64,000 bases of DNA from a virus: IMG/VR virus record IMGVR_UViG_3300050821_006345, positions 68,192 to 132,191 of that record; one strand, given 5' to 3'. The translations under genes were made by a program, and so were the position numbers. The notes under the pieces are model-generated. The model saw only the letters and a list, made by a program, of their open reading frames with translations, was not told the origin of the DNA and made no database searches. This document shows positions 50,488 to 60,650 of this stretch, piece after piece; position 1 is the first letter of the stretch; each line of letters opens with the position of its first letter.

Positions 50488-51222
50488 TCCGGCCTTGCGG
50501 CCATTTTCTTGGCACGCTTAAGTTTGCGAATCAATGATGTTGCGGTGATGATTCCACAGCAAACCAGCTCGTCAACCTCGGCAATCAAATCCTCAATCGC
50601 CTTCTTTTTGGCCGCTTTTAATTTTTCGTTTTTGCTCATAATTATCCAGTCTTTGTTTAAGTTTTCGCTCTTTTTTCAATCGCGCCTTCCAGATGGCCTC
50701 CAAGTCAAATTTTGTCATTGGCCGACCCTTGTGGTTTCTCGGAGTGTTGGCATCCGGAATTTCCATCACGTCACCGTTTGAAAGCGGAATGGAAAGCATC
50801 GTGGTCGCCAATATCGCTGCGGCCAGTCCTGTTTGCTTCATTCTCATTTGTCCTTCTTGGTTGGATTCTCGTCCTGAACCTGCTCGAAAATGTCCCAGAA
50901 GATTCTGGCCGCATAAAGCAGCTGCCAGATAGCCATGTCCGTCGATCCGTCGTCTGTTACATCGCACTGGCGAAAGTTCTTATGAAACCGCTCGTCAAGT
51001 TCCGGCAGTTTATCCTTCCACCGATTCAACAGATGCCACAAGGCACGTTCCGCAGGAATGTTCTTGTCCTTCGTGGCCTCGTCGTAAAGCTTAAGAAGCC
51101 TTTCGATGCGTGATTTTTCTTTTGGTGACATATCGTTATTGTTTCAACGCGGACAGATTGCGAAATCGGCCAGTCAAAGTCAATGTGAATAAGGCGGATG
51201 CTTAATGGCCTCCTGCGCCCGC

Positions 51223-51735
51223 TCAAATCTGGACGTGTTTCCACCTAACACCATGCACCACGTTCCATATTGCTCCGGGAACAACGCCAAACTCTTTAGC
51301 CAGCGCGCGGCCTCCGTTAAATGGACACCGCTTCTTAAAGCGACGTTTGATTTCACGGACTTTTTCTTCAGTTAAGATTGCGTTATATCTGTCCTCTCCG
51401 TTTTCCTTATGTGATCGGCCTTTGGCAATCATATCTAGCGCATTGTCTCGCTCTGTTCCGGCGAATAAATGGTTTGGATTGCAGCACGGAGGGTTATCGC
51501 AAGTGTGGCAAATATCCATTCCTTCTGGAATTGCACCATTGTGCAATTCATACGAAAACCGATGCGCTCCGATTTTCCTATCTCCGATCCACATATCTCC
51601 GTAATGATAAAACGGTGGAGGCCCGTGGCGACTTCCTTGCCACTCCCAGCAATCATTTTCTCCGAGTCGCTGAACGTTGGCCCAAAAGTGCTGAATTAGC
51701 TCCTGCCGGTTTCTTTTTATGATTACGCTCCGCAT
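51223..51735 (-). CDS. HNH homing endonuclease
   Basis: CWEWQG, AHRFSY, CHTCDNPPCCNPNHLFAGT..DN motifs; start uncertain. Confidence 0.9.
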   Translation of the reverse strand: MRSVIIKRNRQELIQHFWANVQRLGENDCWEWQGSRHGPPPFYHYGDMWIGDRKIGAHRFSYELHNGAIPEGMDICHTCDNPPCCNPNHLFAGTERDNALDMIAKGRSHKENGEDRYNAILTEEKVREIKRRFKKRCPFNGGRALAKEFGVVPGAIWNVVHGVRWKHVQI

Positions 51736-51865
51736 TTTTCCATCTCTGCAAAGACGCAGCTCGCGCCTGACTGGTGGTTCTTGATTTAGATTTACCAACT
51801 CCCGCGCTTCCGCCCTTGGAGCCGATTGACTTAAGATAGTTTGTAATGGTTGCATTCGTTGTCAT
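51653..51865 (-). CDS. Small basic peptide (YLKSIGSKGG...RW)
   Basis: ATG directly after a promoter; KGG-type motif. Confidence 0.55.
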   Translation of the reverse strand: MTTNATITNYLKSIGSKGGSAGVGKSKSRTTSQARAASLQRWKNAERNHKKKPAGANSALLGQRSATRRK

Positions 51866-51897
51866 AAATATACGCAAGCGGCTTGCGGATGCAAGTG

Positions 51898-52368
51898 CTA
51901 GATTTCACTTTTGTTCCATTGTCCCGCTTCACAAATCCAACCCCTCTGACGTGCCTCTGGAATATTTGAATGCACCCAGCGATGGCCTGCCTTGCTCATC
52001 GCGATCCAAAACCGCTGGTCGCGCAGCAAAGAGCCAAGGCGACCTCTGGAGTGGTGTATTTCAGTCAGTTTATCCGAAATCGGCCATCCGTAACGATTGC
52101 CATCTCGCAAATCGGCTATTGAGGCCACTACAGGACACCGTTCTCCACGCCCCACAGCCTCGCTGACGAACTTTCTCGCTTCTTTGGCGTAAAGACGCCG
52201 TTCGGATGCTTTCGTGTCAGAAACCGGCTTTATGCGCGTTTGGGTGCGTTTTATGGGAGTCCGCTTGATTGACTTGGCCGATTTTGGCTTGTTTGGCCGA
52301 ATCTGGTCTGGAAACGCAGTTTGCCAAAGCGCAGGACGACCTTTCTTGACGTAGCCTCGCAGTGCCAC
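51898..52368 (-). CDS. HNH-like protein
   Basis: CP...TEIHH.RGR.....W.....GHRWVH.N..EA...GW pattern. Confidence 0.6.
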   Translation of the reverse strand: MALRGYVKKGRPALWQTAFPDQIRPNKPKSAKSIKRTPIKRTQTRIKPVSDTKASERRLYAKEARKFVSEAVGRGERCPVVASIADLRDGNRYGWPISDKLTEIHHSRGRLGSLLRDQRFWIAMSKAGHRWVHSNIPEARQRGWICEAGQWNKSEI

Positions 52369-53221
52369 TTAACCGTTCCCCTCAAGCTCCGCCGGAAGCG
52401 AAGGTAGTTCCACGTATGTCCACCACGACCCTAATGTCTTGATTGGCTTCACATCCTCTTCCGACCATCCGAACAAAAGCATCTTGGGCTTTCCTTCGTC
52501 GATGTAAACCACCGGACGCCAGTTCTCGGTCGGGTAGTTCTTCTTGTCGGCCCTCTTCCACTTGTCCTCAAAGACCTGAACGTCCACCACATCCTTGAAC
52601 TCCCTCATCGCCCTCTGTTTCATTCGATAGTGCGATGTCTCCTCCTCGGTGAACAAAGCCTCGATGCGCTTTGAGCCGTCGGTGAATTTTAGCTCCACAA
52701 AGAATTTCATCTGGTTAGGAAATAACGTCGTCAATGGCCTTCTTCAAATCCGGCGTCCACCACGGAACATTCGTCATGTCCTGCTCGGAGATGAATCCCA
52801 AGAGTTGTGCCGCGAGGATCGTCCGCTCGATGATGCCTTGGCCGACCTCGAACGGATGCCAGCTTGTCACTGTGACGGTCGATCCTGTGGTTGTTCCGGT
52901 TTCCTTCGTCTTTTCATCCGTCAGAAACTTTTCAATCTCCTCGATGTCGGCCAGAGATTCGATTGTCTTCTTCCTTCTGATTCCGGCGCGCCCAATCTGG
53001 CCTTCACTGGTGGTGTAGGTGACGAAGTAGCGGTTGGTGGCCAGTTCCTGCTTCGTCCAGTTCTTATCCAGTTCGTCCATGGTCACTGGAATCTGAATCC
53101 CGGCGTCGGTTTGGAGCGTCACTTTTTTCATCACGGTATCATACACTTCCACGGCACCAAGCTGTGGAGGTTCGCCGTTTGATTTGTAAATGTCGCCGAT
53201 TTCTATTTTAGTTTTCATAAT

Positions 53222-54568
53222 TTAGGCCATTGAAATTTCTTCCGTCACAGGAATCCTGATAGATAGCTTGCGGCGATAGTATTGTCCGGCAATTGATCCA
53301 GCCTTGCCGCCAGCTGCGACGGTGACCGACCATCCTTCATGACGGTCGCTGCGCCATTCGTCGCCCTTGATAATCTGCTCTCCGTCCTCAAGCAGACGAT
53401 AGCCGTCTCCGGCCACTATTGCTGGCAATTCAGATTTAACTCTGCGCCGATAAATCGTGGTCGGATACGGAGGCTGGCCGACAATGTGGCCGGGAGAGAC
53501 TGTGATTGACCAGATGCCCCTGACTCCGAGCCACTGGTCTCCAGTTTGAACGGCATCGCCATCCTTTAATTGAACGTATCCTTCTCCAACGTCAACCTGC
53601 GACTCTGGTTTTGCTTCCGACTTTTCAATCAGCATCTTCTTGCGTCGGATTAACTGTGCTGCTCCGGCTGGATTGCCAAGATACTGGTCGTGGACTCGAC
53701 GCCAGCCATCTGGCGCTTTTACCTCATCCGAACCAATAAGAATCTCGGCTGGCAGAAGCCTGCGATACCCTTCACCAACGTCCTCGTCCGGCTCGGCCTC
53801 GGCAGCGGTGCAGGCCGGACCACATGGTGTCTCGCCCCCGTTGGATTCTTGCGACCAGAAGTGGAAGCAGTCGGGACAGAGAAAACTGCCAGACCCATCA
53901 GCCTCGGCGTTAAACCTCCCGCACGATGGACACTGGATGTCACCAGCGGCTGGCGTCTCGTCCTCAATGTCCCACTCTCGCTGTGCGCCGCTGTATTTCG
54001 TCGCTCCACCGTAAGGGCGATGGCTTGTGAAGTTCCAGTAGTTATTCGAGTATTCACAATCGCCAACCCTTGTGAACTGGCCGTAAGTTTTAACCGTTCC
54101 ATCTGGCCGCAGAACCACGAACCTGTTTCCGGTTGAAATATGGTTGAGGATGCCCTCTCCGCGCATAGAAACAATCCGCGCCAGAACCATCGAGTCGGAT
54201 GCGAACTCCGGATATTTCACTCCCGCAAGCTGCGCCATGTATTTCCAATCTTGGATTGTGCCGTTATGGAAGAACACCGGACAGTTGGTCACTCCGTCCA
54301 TGTCGGCGTTGTGCTTTCTTTTGACAACGAATGGATGGCACAGGGCGGGAATCACCTTGCCGACCGATGCAATGCGGAAATGGAAGATGTGCGGGAACGG
54401 CTTGTTGGCGACCAAGTCCTGCATCTGTTCTGCGGTGATTCCCTTCTTGAAATGGACAAATCCATTCTCCGCCCACGCCACGCCGCCGCCGTGAGGATTC
54501 TTGTCCTGACATTTATACAATGTAGGAAGGTCTGGGTCTTTAGTGGGAGCTACAACGATGACGCACAT
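53222..54568 (-). CDS. Class II glutamine amidotransferase with Zn ribbon and three C-terminal repeats
   Basis: N-terminal Cys2, NPHGGG, HFRIAS, HPF, HNG and SDS motifs; repeats G.GY..L..G..I..GD.W. Confidence 0.88.
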   Translation of the reverse strand: MCVIVVAPTKDPDLPTLYKCQDKNPHGGGVAWAENGFVHFKKGITAEQMQDLVANKPFPHIFHFRIASVGKVIPALCHPFVVKRKHNADMDGVTNCPVFFHNGTIQDWKYMAQLAGVKYPEFASDSMVLARIVSMRGEGILNHISTGNRFVVLRPDGTVKTYGQFTRVGDCEYSNNYWNFTSHRPYGGATKYSGAQREWDIEDETPAAGDIQCPSCGRFNAEADGSGSFLCPDCFHFWSQESNGGETPCGPACTAAEAEPDEDVGEGYRRLLPAEILIGSDEVKAPDGWRRVHDQYLGNPAGAAQLIRRKKMLIEKSEAKPESQVDVGEGYVQLKDGDAVQTGDQWLGVRGIWSITVSPGHIVGQPPYPTTIYRRRVKSELPAIVAGDGYRLLEDGEQIIKGDEWRSDRHEGWSVTVAAGGKAGSIAGQYYRRKLSIRIPVTEEISMA

Positions 54569-54930
54569 TTGATTTTATATTAAATTATTGCCCGCTGGCC
54601 GTTTTGAGTCAGGCCGAACATTGTTAATCCGTTTGCCGAGTTGACTGCACCGACAAGGCCAATTTGGCCGGCCTCTGAAATTGCGCTCATGATTTCCTCT
54701 TTCGTTAGGCCGGTTCGGGTCGCCAGACCGCCGACGCCGTGAACCTTGAACTGCTTGTTGTTCTTCATCTCAAGCAGGACAATCCGCGTCTCCCGATTGA
54801 GGCAGAAGTTGCGCGGACGGGCAAGGCCGCGATTGTCTCCGCCGCCTTCCGTATTATCCTTTGTTGTTCTCATGTTGTCGCTCATAACGTATTCCATTAA
54901 GCATGGTAAAACAATCCGCTCGTTGCAAGG

Positions 54931-55140
54931 CTAATTGACAGGACCGATAGAAAGTGATTTCGTGTTTCCTCCGTCGTTGAACTCCGCAAAGCTCAAACTC
55001 AAATGTAAATATGAGGCGTGGGGAGTAACTGTAACAGATTGTGGATTATCACTGGCGTCGCTTCCTTGCGGCCTGAATTTAATCTTAACCGAGACTTGAT
55101 CGGATTCAACTCCGACAATTTGAGTGTATGGCACATTCAT
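54931..55140 (-). CDS. Small hypothetical protein, paralogue of 39999..40211
   Basis: Clear pairwise similarity. Confidence 0.6.
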   Translation of the reverse strand: MNVPYTQIVGVESDQVSVKIKFRPQGSDASDNPQSVTVTPHASYLHLSLSFAEFNDGGNTKSLSIGPVN

Positions 55141-56282
55141 ATTTTATCTCCGTTCACAAATTTCTTTTTCAGCCGAATACCAAAGTTGGTGAAAACGTCA
55201 TAGGTCACCGAGTCCTTCAGCTTGGCCAGCTCATGGACACCGATGCGATCCGTTCCCTGACCGCCCATGATTGCCGCTTCGTCTCCAGTCTTGGCCTCTG
55301 GTATGCCGGTGACGTCCACCATCATTGAATCCATGGAGTTGCCACCGAGCGTCGGTGCTTTCTGGCCGTGAATTAAAACGTGGCCCTTGTTGCAAAGCCT
55401 CGGCATCCCGTCGCCGTAGCCCATCGGAAGCACAGCCACTCTCCGCTCTGACGTCGCCGTGTAATTCATTCCGTAACCCACGGTCTCGCCGCGTTTAACT
55501 TTCTGAATTGCGGCAATCTTGGCCTTGACGCTCATGACCTGACGGATGCCTTCAATCTTCCGGCAGCCAAAAGGAGTCACTCCTGTGTAAAGGATTCCAG
55601 AGCGCACCATATCGTATTGGGCGTGGGGAAGATTAAGATGGCCTCCGCTGTTGCAGGCCGAAACGATGCCGGGACTGATTCCTGCTGATTCCATCCCGCC
55701 GAGAACTGATTCAAACCGCTCCAGCTGAAGCATGGCGAACGTCTTGTCGGAAGCGTAAGACTTGGCGAAGTGGGTCATCGTGCCTTCAATCTGAATGTTG
55801 GCCATCAAAGCGACTTGAGAAATCAAAGGCATGGCCTCGTCCCACCGGACTCCGTATCGGCTCATGCCGGTTTGAATCTCAATGTGAACAGGAATCTGCC
55901 TTCCGATTTTCTCCGCAGATTGGTTTAATTTTGCGATGTTATTCAGGTCGCCGGAGCAGATGGTTATTCCATGCTCGGCGCAAAATTCAATTTCGGAAGG
56001 ATGCCGCTCGTAGAACAGAACAATCTTGCAGGCATCTGGCAGAAGTCCGCTGCTCCGCAGTTTCCACGCCTCGTCAACAGTTGAAACAGCAAGCCCCCAT
56101 GCTCCGGCTTGGAGTGCAAGCTGGCCAACCGTGACGGCATCGTGGCCGTAGGCGTCGTCTTTCAGCACGGCCAGATACTTTACCTTGGCCGGAATGTCGG
56201 CTCGGATTAGTTGAAGGTTCTTGCGAAGCTTGGCAACGTCAATCTCAACCCAAGCGGCACGGTCTGGAGGATTCACTGGCAT
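55137..56282 (-). CDS. alr: Alanine racemase
   Basis: AVLKDDAYGH (PLP lysine), TGMSRYG, THFA, NSGG, DMVRSG, VGYG, GYGDG and SMD motifs. Confidence 0.92.
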   Translation of the reverse strand: MPVNPPDRAAWVEIDVAKLRKNLQLIRADIPAKVKYLAVLKDDAYGHDAVTVGQLALQAGAWGLAVSTVDEAWKLRSSGLLPDACKIVLFYERHPSEIEFCAEHGITICSGDLNNIAKLNQSAEKIGRQIPVHIEIQTGMSRYGVRWDEAMPLISQVALMANIQIEGTMTHFAKSYASDKTFAMLQLERFESVLGGMESAGISPGIVSACNSGGHLNLPHAQYDMVRSGILYTGVTPFGCRKIEGIRQVMSVKAKIAAIQKVKRGETVGYGMNYTATSERRVAVLPMGYGDGMPRLCNKGHVLIHGQKAPTLGGNSMDSMMVDVTGIPEAKTGDEAAIMGGQGTDRIGVHELAKLKDSVTYDVFTNFGIRLKKKFVNGDKI

Positions 56283-56791
56283 ACTTCCTCCAGTAGATGG
56301 CGGGCTTCTCTGGCATCGCGGTAGTTATCGCCACCCGGATCAGGAACTGATTGGAAATCCTCCAGTTCTTCAATGTAGGCGGATGGCAGATTGTTTTGTT
56401 TTGCTCCGACAACGACAAGTTGCAGATACCAATCGTAAATCGGAAGCCCTCCGGCAGTCCGGTCGGAATTGTGAAAGGCGCAGACAACCACGCCAAGCTC
56501 CGGTGAATTGACGGACATCTCGAAAACCGAGTAGCCCTTTTCCATTTCAGAAAGCGCGGAAAACTCCGATTCCGGCATCTCGTAAATAACGCCCCAGACA
56601 CTGGATGCCTCGGCCACGACCAAATTTGCCTTGCCGCACTGCATTCCGTTCTTGCGGGTGGATATTTTGCCGAAGCAAATCTTCAGGCCGACGGCCTTGC
56701 CAGTGCCAATCTTCCTTGCACTTGGACATCTGGCCTGAATGCGCTCCTTGAGCAAATTCGATCCGTAGCTGAAATACTTAATCGCGTTCAT
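56273..56791 (-). CDS. Gamma-glutamylcyclotransferase (AIG2-like)
   Basis: YFSYGSNL, VWGVIY, E.GY and GA....LP..YI..L motifs. Confidence 0.88.
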   Translation of the reverse strand: MNAIKYFSYGSNLLKERIQARCPSARKIGTGKAVGLKICFGKISTRKNGMQCGKANLVVAEASSVWGVIYEMPESEFSALSEMEKGYSVFEMSVNSPELGVVVCAFHNSDRTAGGLPIYDWYLQLVVVGAKQNNLPSAYIEELEDFQSVPDPGGDNYRDAREARHLLEEVCQ

Positions 56792-57115
56792 GTAATTATT
56801 TTGAAGCCGCCGCGAGGCCCATGCCAATATACTTGTCAGCTTTTGGCTTCGTAAAATAAACAATCACGCCGCGTTTGGGAATGATTGGGAAATCCTCTGC
56901 CGAAAGCAGCCCACGAAGCAGGAATCTGTCTGTCACCAAACATTTTACCGGATTTTTTACATTGGCAGGAACCAAATCCTCTTCGCCAATTTTAGCCACG
57001 CTGTAACTTGATGTTTTATTCATATCGTTATTTTCTTTCCGCGTTTCGGATTCTTCACCCTCGACGCTGGACAGAGGATGCTTTATTGGCCAAAGCAAGT
57101 CAACCGAAATAATCT

Positions 57116-57775
57116 CTATTGCATCAGCTCCAGAAGCTCCGGAGGCAGCTCGCTCTTGCGGGCATGGCTCTGCGCGGTGAAGGCGACGTGGATTGGGCTG
57201 TTGGTCAGGTAGTCCTCGACGCACTTGACGATGCGGGTCACTCCGTCCACGGCAATGTTGACGTCCTTGAACGTCGGCAGCATCCGGCACTCCGCCGTCT
57301 TGTGAAGACCCCAGCAGAAGTTCCATTGCGTCCATCGTTCACCAGTTCCCTTGGACGTGGCTTTGATCTGCATCTCCGGCTTCCATTCTTTTTTGCAGAA
57401 CTTGTTTTCTCCGGCCAGCCGCGAGAAGAAATGCTTGTTGGTCGTCCGGCGTTTGCCCCATGCGGCCATCTCCTCAAGGAAGAATTCTTGGAAACGACGG
57501 TCGATGATTCGAGCGTAGTTAATCGGATTCTTCAGGCTGACATGGACGTGGAGGCCGCAGGTTGAGTTGGTGTGCGGCGGATAGACCCGCCTCATCCACT
57601 GGTCGAGTTCAATCAGATTCTCGGTCGGATGCGAAACATATTCTCTAGATGTTATGCCGGATTCGCTGAAGCTCACCGATCCGTCGGAGTGAGCCGAACC
57701 GGGTTCTGGTGGAGGAAGGTTTCCGCTGTTCCAGCCGCCCTCAATTTCAACGCCAACTTTGTGAATGTGGTTCAT
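57116..57775 (-). CDS. Amidoligase (COOH-NH2 ligase, glutamine synthetase-like fold)
   Basis: GVEIEG, DGSV, EYVS, TCGLHVHVS and TAECR motifs. Confidence 0.85.
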   Translation of the reverse strand: MNHIHKVGVEIEGGWNSGNLPPPEPGSAHSDGSVSFSESGITSREYVSHPTENLIELDQWMRRVYPPHTNSTCGLHVHVSLKNPINYARIIDRRFQEFFLEEMAAWGKRRTTNKHFFSRLAGENKFCKKEWKPEMQIKATSKGTGERWTQWNFCWGLHKTAECRMLPTFKDVNIAVDGVTRIVKCVEDYLTNSPIHVAFTAQSHARKSELPPELLELMQ

Positions 57776-58491
57776 ATTAAGCTTCAAGTGGAATTACCGC
57801 GTAAATTACAGCCTTGTCCGCATGACAAAGATTGCCTCTTGCCGTCACCGCTTGGCAATACTTTTCTTTTACCGCCTCAAGAACAATCTGAGAAAGCGGC
57901 TCTTCCGTATCGAATCCTTGGTTGCCATCGCAAATTTGGCCAGCCTCGGTTATCACCTTAATTGCGACCATGTATCGTTTCATGCTTCGTGATACCAGCA
58001 GGTGGTGATTACCTTGACCCGTGATTTCTCGACGAAATGGTTGTGCAGGTCGGTCGCAAACGACTGAAGACGGTCGGCAAACTCTTTCAGCACAGTCACA
58101 CCAGCCGGAGTCATGGCCGAAGGCGGAATGACGAACCTGACCCCGTCCTTGATGTCCTTGGCCTGAAGGAACGACGCATTTATGTTCGGCCCGTTGAAAA
58201 CAATGGCCTCTGGCGAATTTAGAATGACTCCGTGGGACTTTCCATTGTCTGCCAGCTTCTTGGCAATCGTGTTGTTGAAGCTGCGGCATTCGATACTGCA
58301 AAGCGTGAAGTTTGGATTCCTTGGTGAGCAGATTGGCGACCAGTCAATGTCCGACTGGATGTTCACCACCGTTCCCGATTCATTTCTTTCAACGCGAAGG
58401 ACTATGATTTTGGCTGATTGGATTGGCATTGGTCGTATCGTTGTTTAATTTGCGTGGACAGCTTGCGAAATAGTTCTGGCGAAGTCAACGG

Positions 58492-59097
58492 TCATCTGTG
58501 AAGAAAAAGCAGGTGGTCTGGATGACTTGAAAACAGGAAGCTGATGGGCGCAAGCGGAAGTGGTGCTTTTGGCTGGCGGATAAGTTTATGGCCGGATTCT
58601 TCGAGCGTCTTATTTCCGCGAGAATGATTTATGCTTTTCGTTACAAGGGCAAGGTTAGTCCAATCGTCGCTGCCTCCCCTTGATTTAGGGAGGCAATGTT
58701 CGATAGACCAATCGGACGGGCCGATTTTTTCTCCTGTTATTTGGCACGTGGAATTGTCCCTCGCCGCGAGGCCTTTTAAGTTCTTCTTCGGGACGCGCCT
58801 TCTCGTGGCATTATATTTTCCGAGGATTATGATGGTTGGACAGCGGAAATCAAAGTGCAGTGAATGAAGAACATCGTCGTCGGGTCTGGTTGGCCGAAAC
58901 TCCATTCCTGTTCTAATCGGCAGTGTAATCCACTGATCCCAGCGGCACGGATAAAACGCATTGACGTAGTCCTGAACGTCCAGAGCGGTCGCGACCCCGG
59001 TCATTATCATCGGAAGGCAGTGTTTTACTGATTGAATTTCATGGGCCTGCCACGAACGGTTCAAAACCAAAACATTCAGGTCTAATGCTGATTTCAT
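58492..59097 (-). CDS. HNH endonuclease
   Basis: VLVLNRSWQ, ARDNSTCQITG and IEH.LPKSRGG..DWTNL....IN motifs. Confidence 0.85.
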   Translation of the reverse strand: MKSALDLNVLVLNRSWQAHEIQSVKHCLPMIMTGVATALDVQDYVNAFYPCRWDQWITLPIRTGMEFRPTRPDDDVLHSLHFDFRCPTIIILGKYNATRRRVPKKNLKGLAARDNSTCQITGEKIGPSDWSIEHCLPKSRGGSDDWTNLALVTKSINHSRGNKTLEESGHKLIRQPKAPLPLAPISFLFSSHPDHLLFLHR

Positions 59098-59166
59098 TGA
59101 AGGAACATGGTGGTAAAACTAACGAAGAACTGCAAGAAGTAACCTCGATGAAGACTGAAAGGAAGG

Positions 59167-59243
59167 TGGCGATGCCGATTGGAGTTGCACCAACATGAAT
59201 CCGTTTAGGAAACGGAGCCGGGTCTATTTCCGGTGACGGCATC
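59167..59243 (-). tRNA. tRNA-Arg(CCT)
   Basis: GATGCCG/CGGCATC-GCCA acceptor; TCCGT-TTCCTAA-ACGGA anticodon arm; T-loop TGCAACT. Confidence 0.8.
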
Positions 59244-59247
59244 AAAT

Positions 59248-59335
59248 TGGCACCCGCTTCTGGATTTGCACCAGAGTGTGGATTGCTCCATGCTGATCCA
59301 AAGTCAGCTGCCTTCGACTACTCGGCCAAGCGGGA
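59248..59335 (-). tRNA. tRNA-Gln(TTG) with long variable arm
   Basis: GCTGA-CTTTGGA-TCAGC anticodon arm; V-arm TGGA-GCAA-TCCA; G73-CCA. Confidence 0.8.
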
Positions 59336-59546
59336 ATTAAATCTTTTGAACGTCCGGAGCGTCAATGTTCGGATAGCCGTTAGCCTTCGCCCAAGCAGTT
59401 ACTGCTTCGTCGCCATCCCATGTGTATTCATCGGCGTTCTCCCCGGCCTCGCGGTCAAGCGTGGCGATTATGTCGCCGGACTCGACATCGTAAAATTGAG
59501 CGATGTTGCCACGGTCGTCTACGTCGTATGGTTCTGTCATAAATTT

Positions 59547-59622
59547 TGGCGTTGCTGGCCGGGCTTCCACCGGCTAGGAACTGTTCGAGAAACAGTGCGC
59601 TCGTGTCTTTGCATTCAGCAAC
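59547..59622 (-). tRNA. tRNA-Glu(CTC), non-canonical elbow
   Basis: GTTGCTG/CAGCAAC-GCCA acceptor; ACTGT-TTCTCGA-ACAGT anticodon arm; T-loop TGGAAGC. Confidence 0.7.
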
Positions 59623-59628
59623 AATAAA

Positions 59629-59702
59629 TGGTCGTCGATCCGGTGTTTTCATCCGGAGCCTTCGCCTTATAAAGACGCCGCTCTCACTTGAGCTAATCGA
59701 CG
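59629..59702 (-). tRNA. tRNA-Ile(TAT)
   Basis: CGTCGAT/ATCGACG-ACCA acceptor; GCTC/GAGC D stem; loop TTTATAA; T-loop TGAAAAC. Confidence 0.7.
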
Positions 59703-60524
59703 GTAAATTAAAACTCCGGACATTTTCTCAGGACGCCGGAGAACTGCTAACAACCGGCTGGTCGCCGGAAATCTTCTTTTCCAAATAACGGATGCGTGAT
59801 TGAATGAGTGGTTTGGCCAGTTCGCCATCCGGCGTAATTTTCTCAAGCTCTTTCAATCCGGCCAGTTCAGCGTGGTCGCTCACTCCCTGCGGTTCTGGCT
59901 TCTGCTCTGGTTGTTTGGCAGTTTCCACGAAAAACCGTTTCAGCACCGCCAGTTCCTCCGGTTTCAGATTCACGTCCACCATCTGATGCTCGCCTTTCTC
60001 GTTCAAATTATCTGGCATGAACAGCTGAAGATGGTCTGTCTTCAGGTCGATGCGGTGAAAGAACATTCCAAGCATCTCACAGGCTTGGACGAGGATCGGC
60101 CCGTCAAAAACGCCCCAATGCTCCGGCACAAAGTCCTTCTGGCACTTGCTGCACCAAAGATGGTCTCTGTATTCAGAGTATTCGCAGTCGTTGTTGCCGC
60201 AGGCGCATCCGGGAATGCCGTAGATGGACGGCTTCTGGCAATACATCCATTCGCGCTTTTCTAATTTTGTTTCTTCGTTTGGCATATTAGGCTGTTTGGT
60301 TTCTGGCCAATCGCAATAGTCTGCGTTCGTAAAATTTGTTCACAAACTCCCAAACGCCGTCCTTAAAAAGAGCCAGTGCATTATAGTCGTTTGCTTCATC
60401 GGCCACTATTACAAATTCTTTCGGATGATTGCCGATGTGTTCAAGCATTGCTCGGCAGCCAAACAAACCTGACTGTTCGCGGCCTTTTTCATCTATCCAT
60501 ACTGCAATCGCATTCATAAATTGA

Positions 60525-60648
60525 TGGTCGTGCCGTGCGTCACTCGGCCATTCTTACTAACTGCCTACGGTTTTCAGAACTTCCCGATTGCAATCAGGTC
60601 GCCCACCGCGATTTAGCTTGCTCCGTCCGCGCCGGAGTCTGCCGACCA
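60525..60648 (-). ncRNA. Rod-like structured RNA candidate downstream of tmRNA
   Basis: TGGTCG/CGACCA ends, nested helices, apical CCTGATT/AATCGGG. Confidence 0.45.
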
Positions 60649-60650
60649 AA

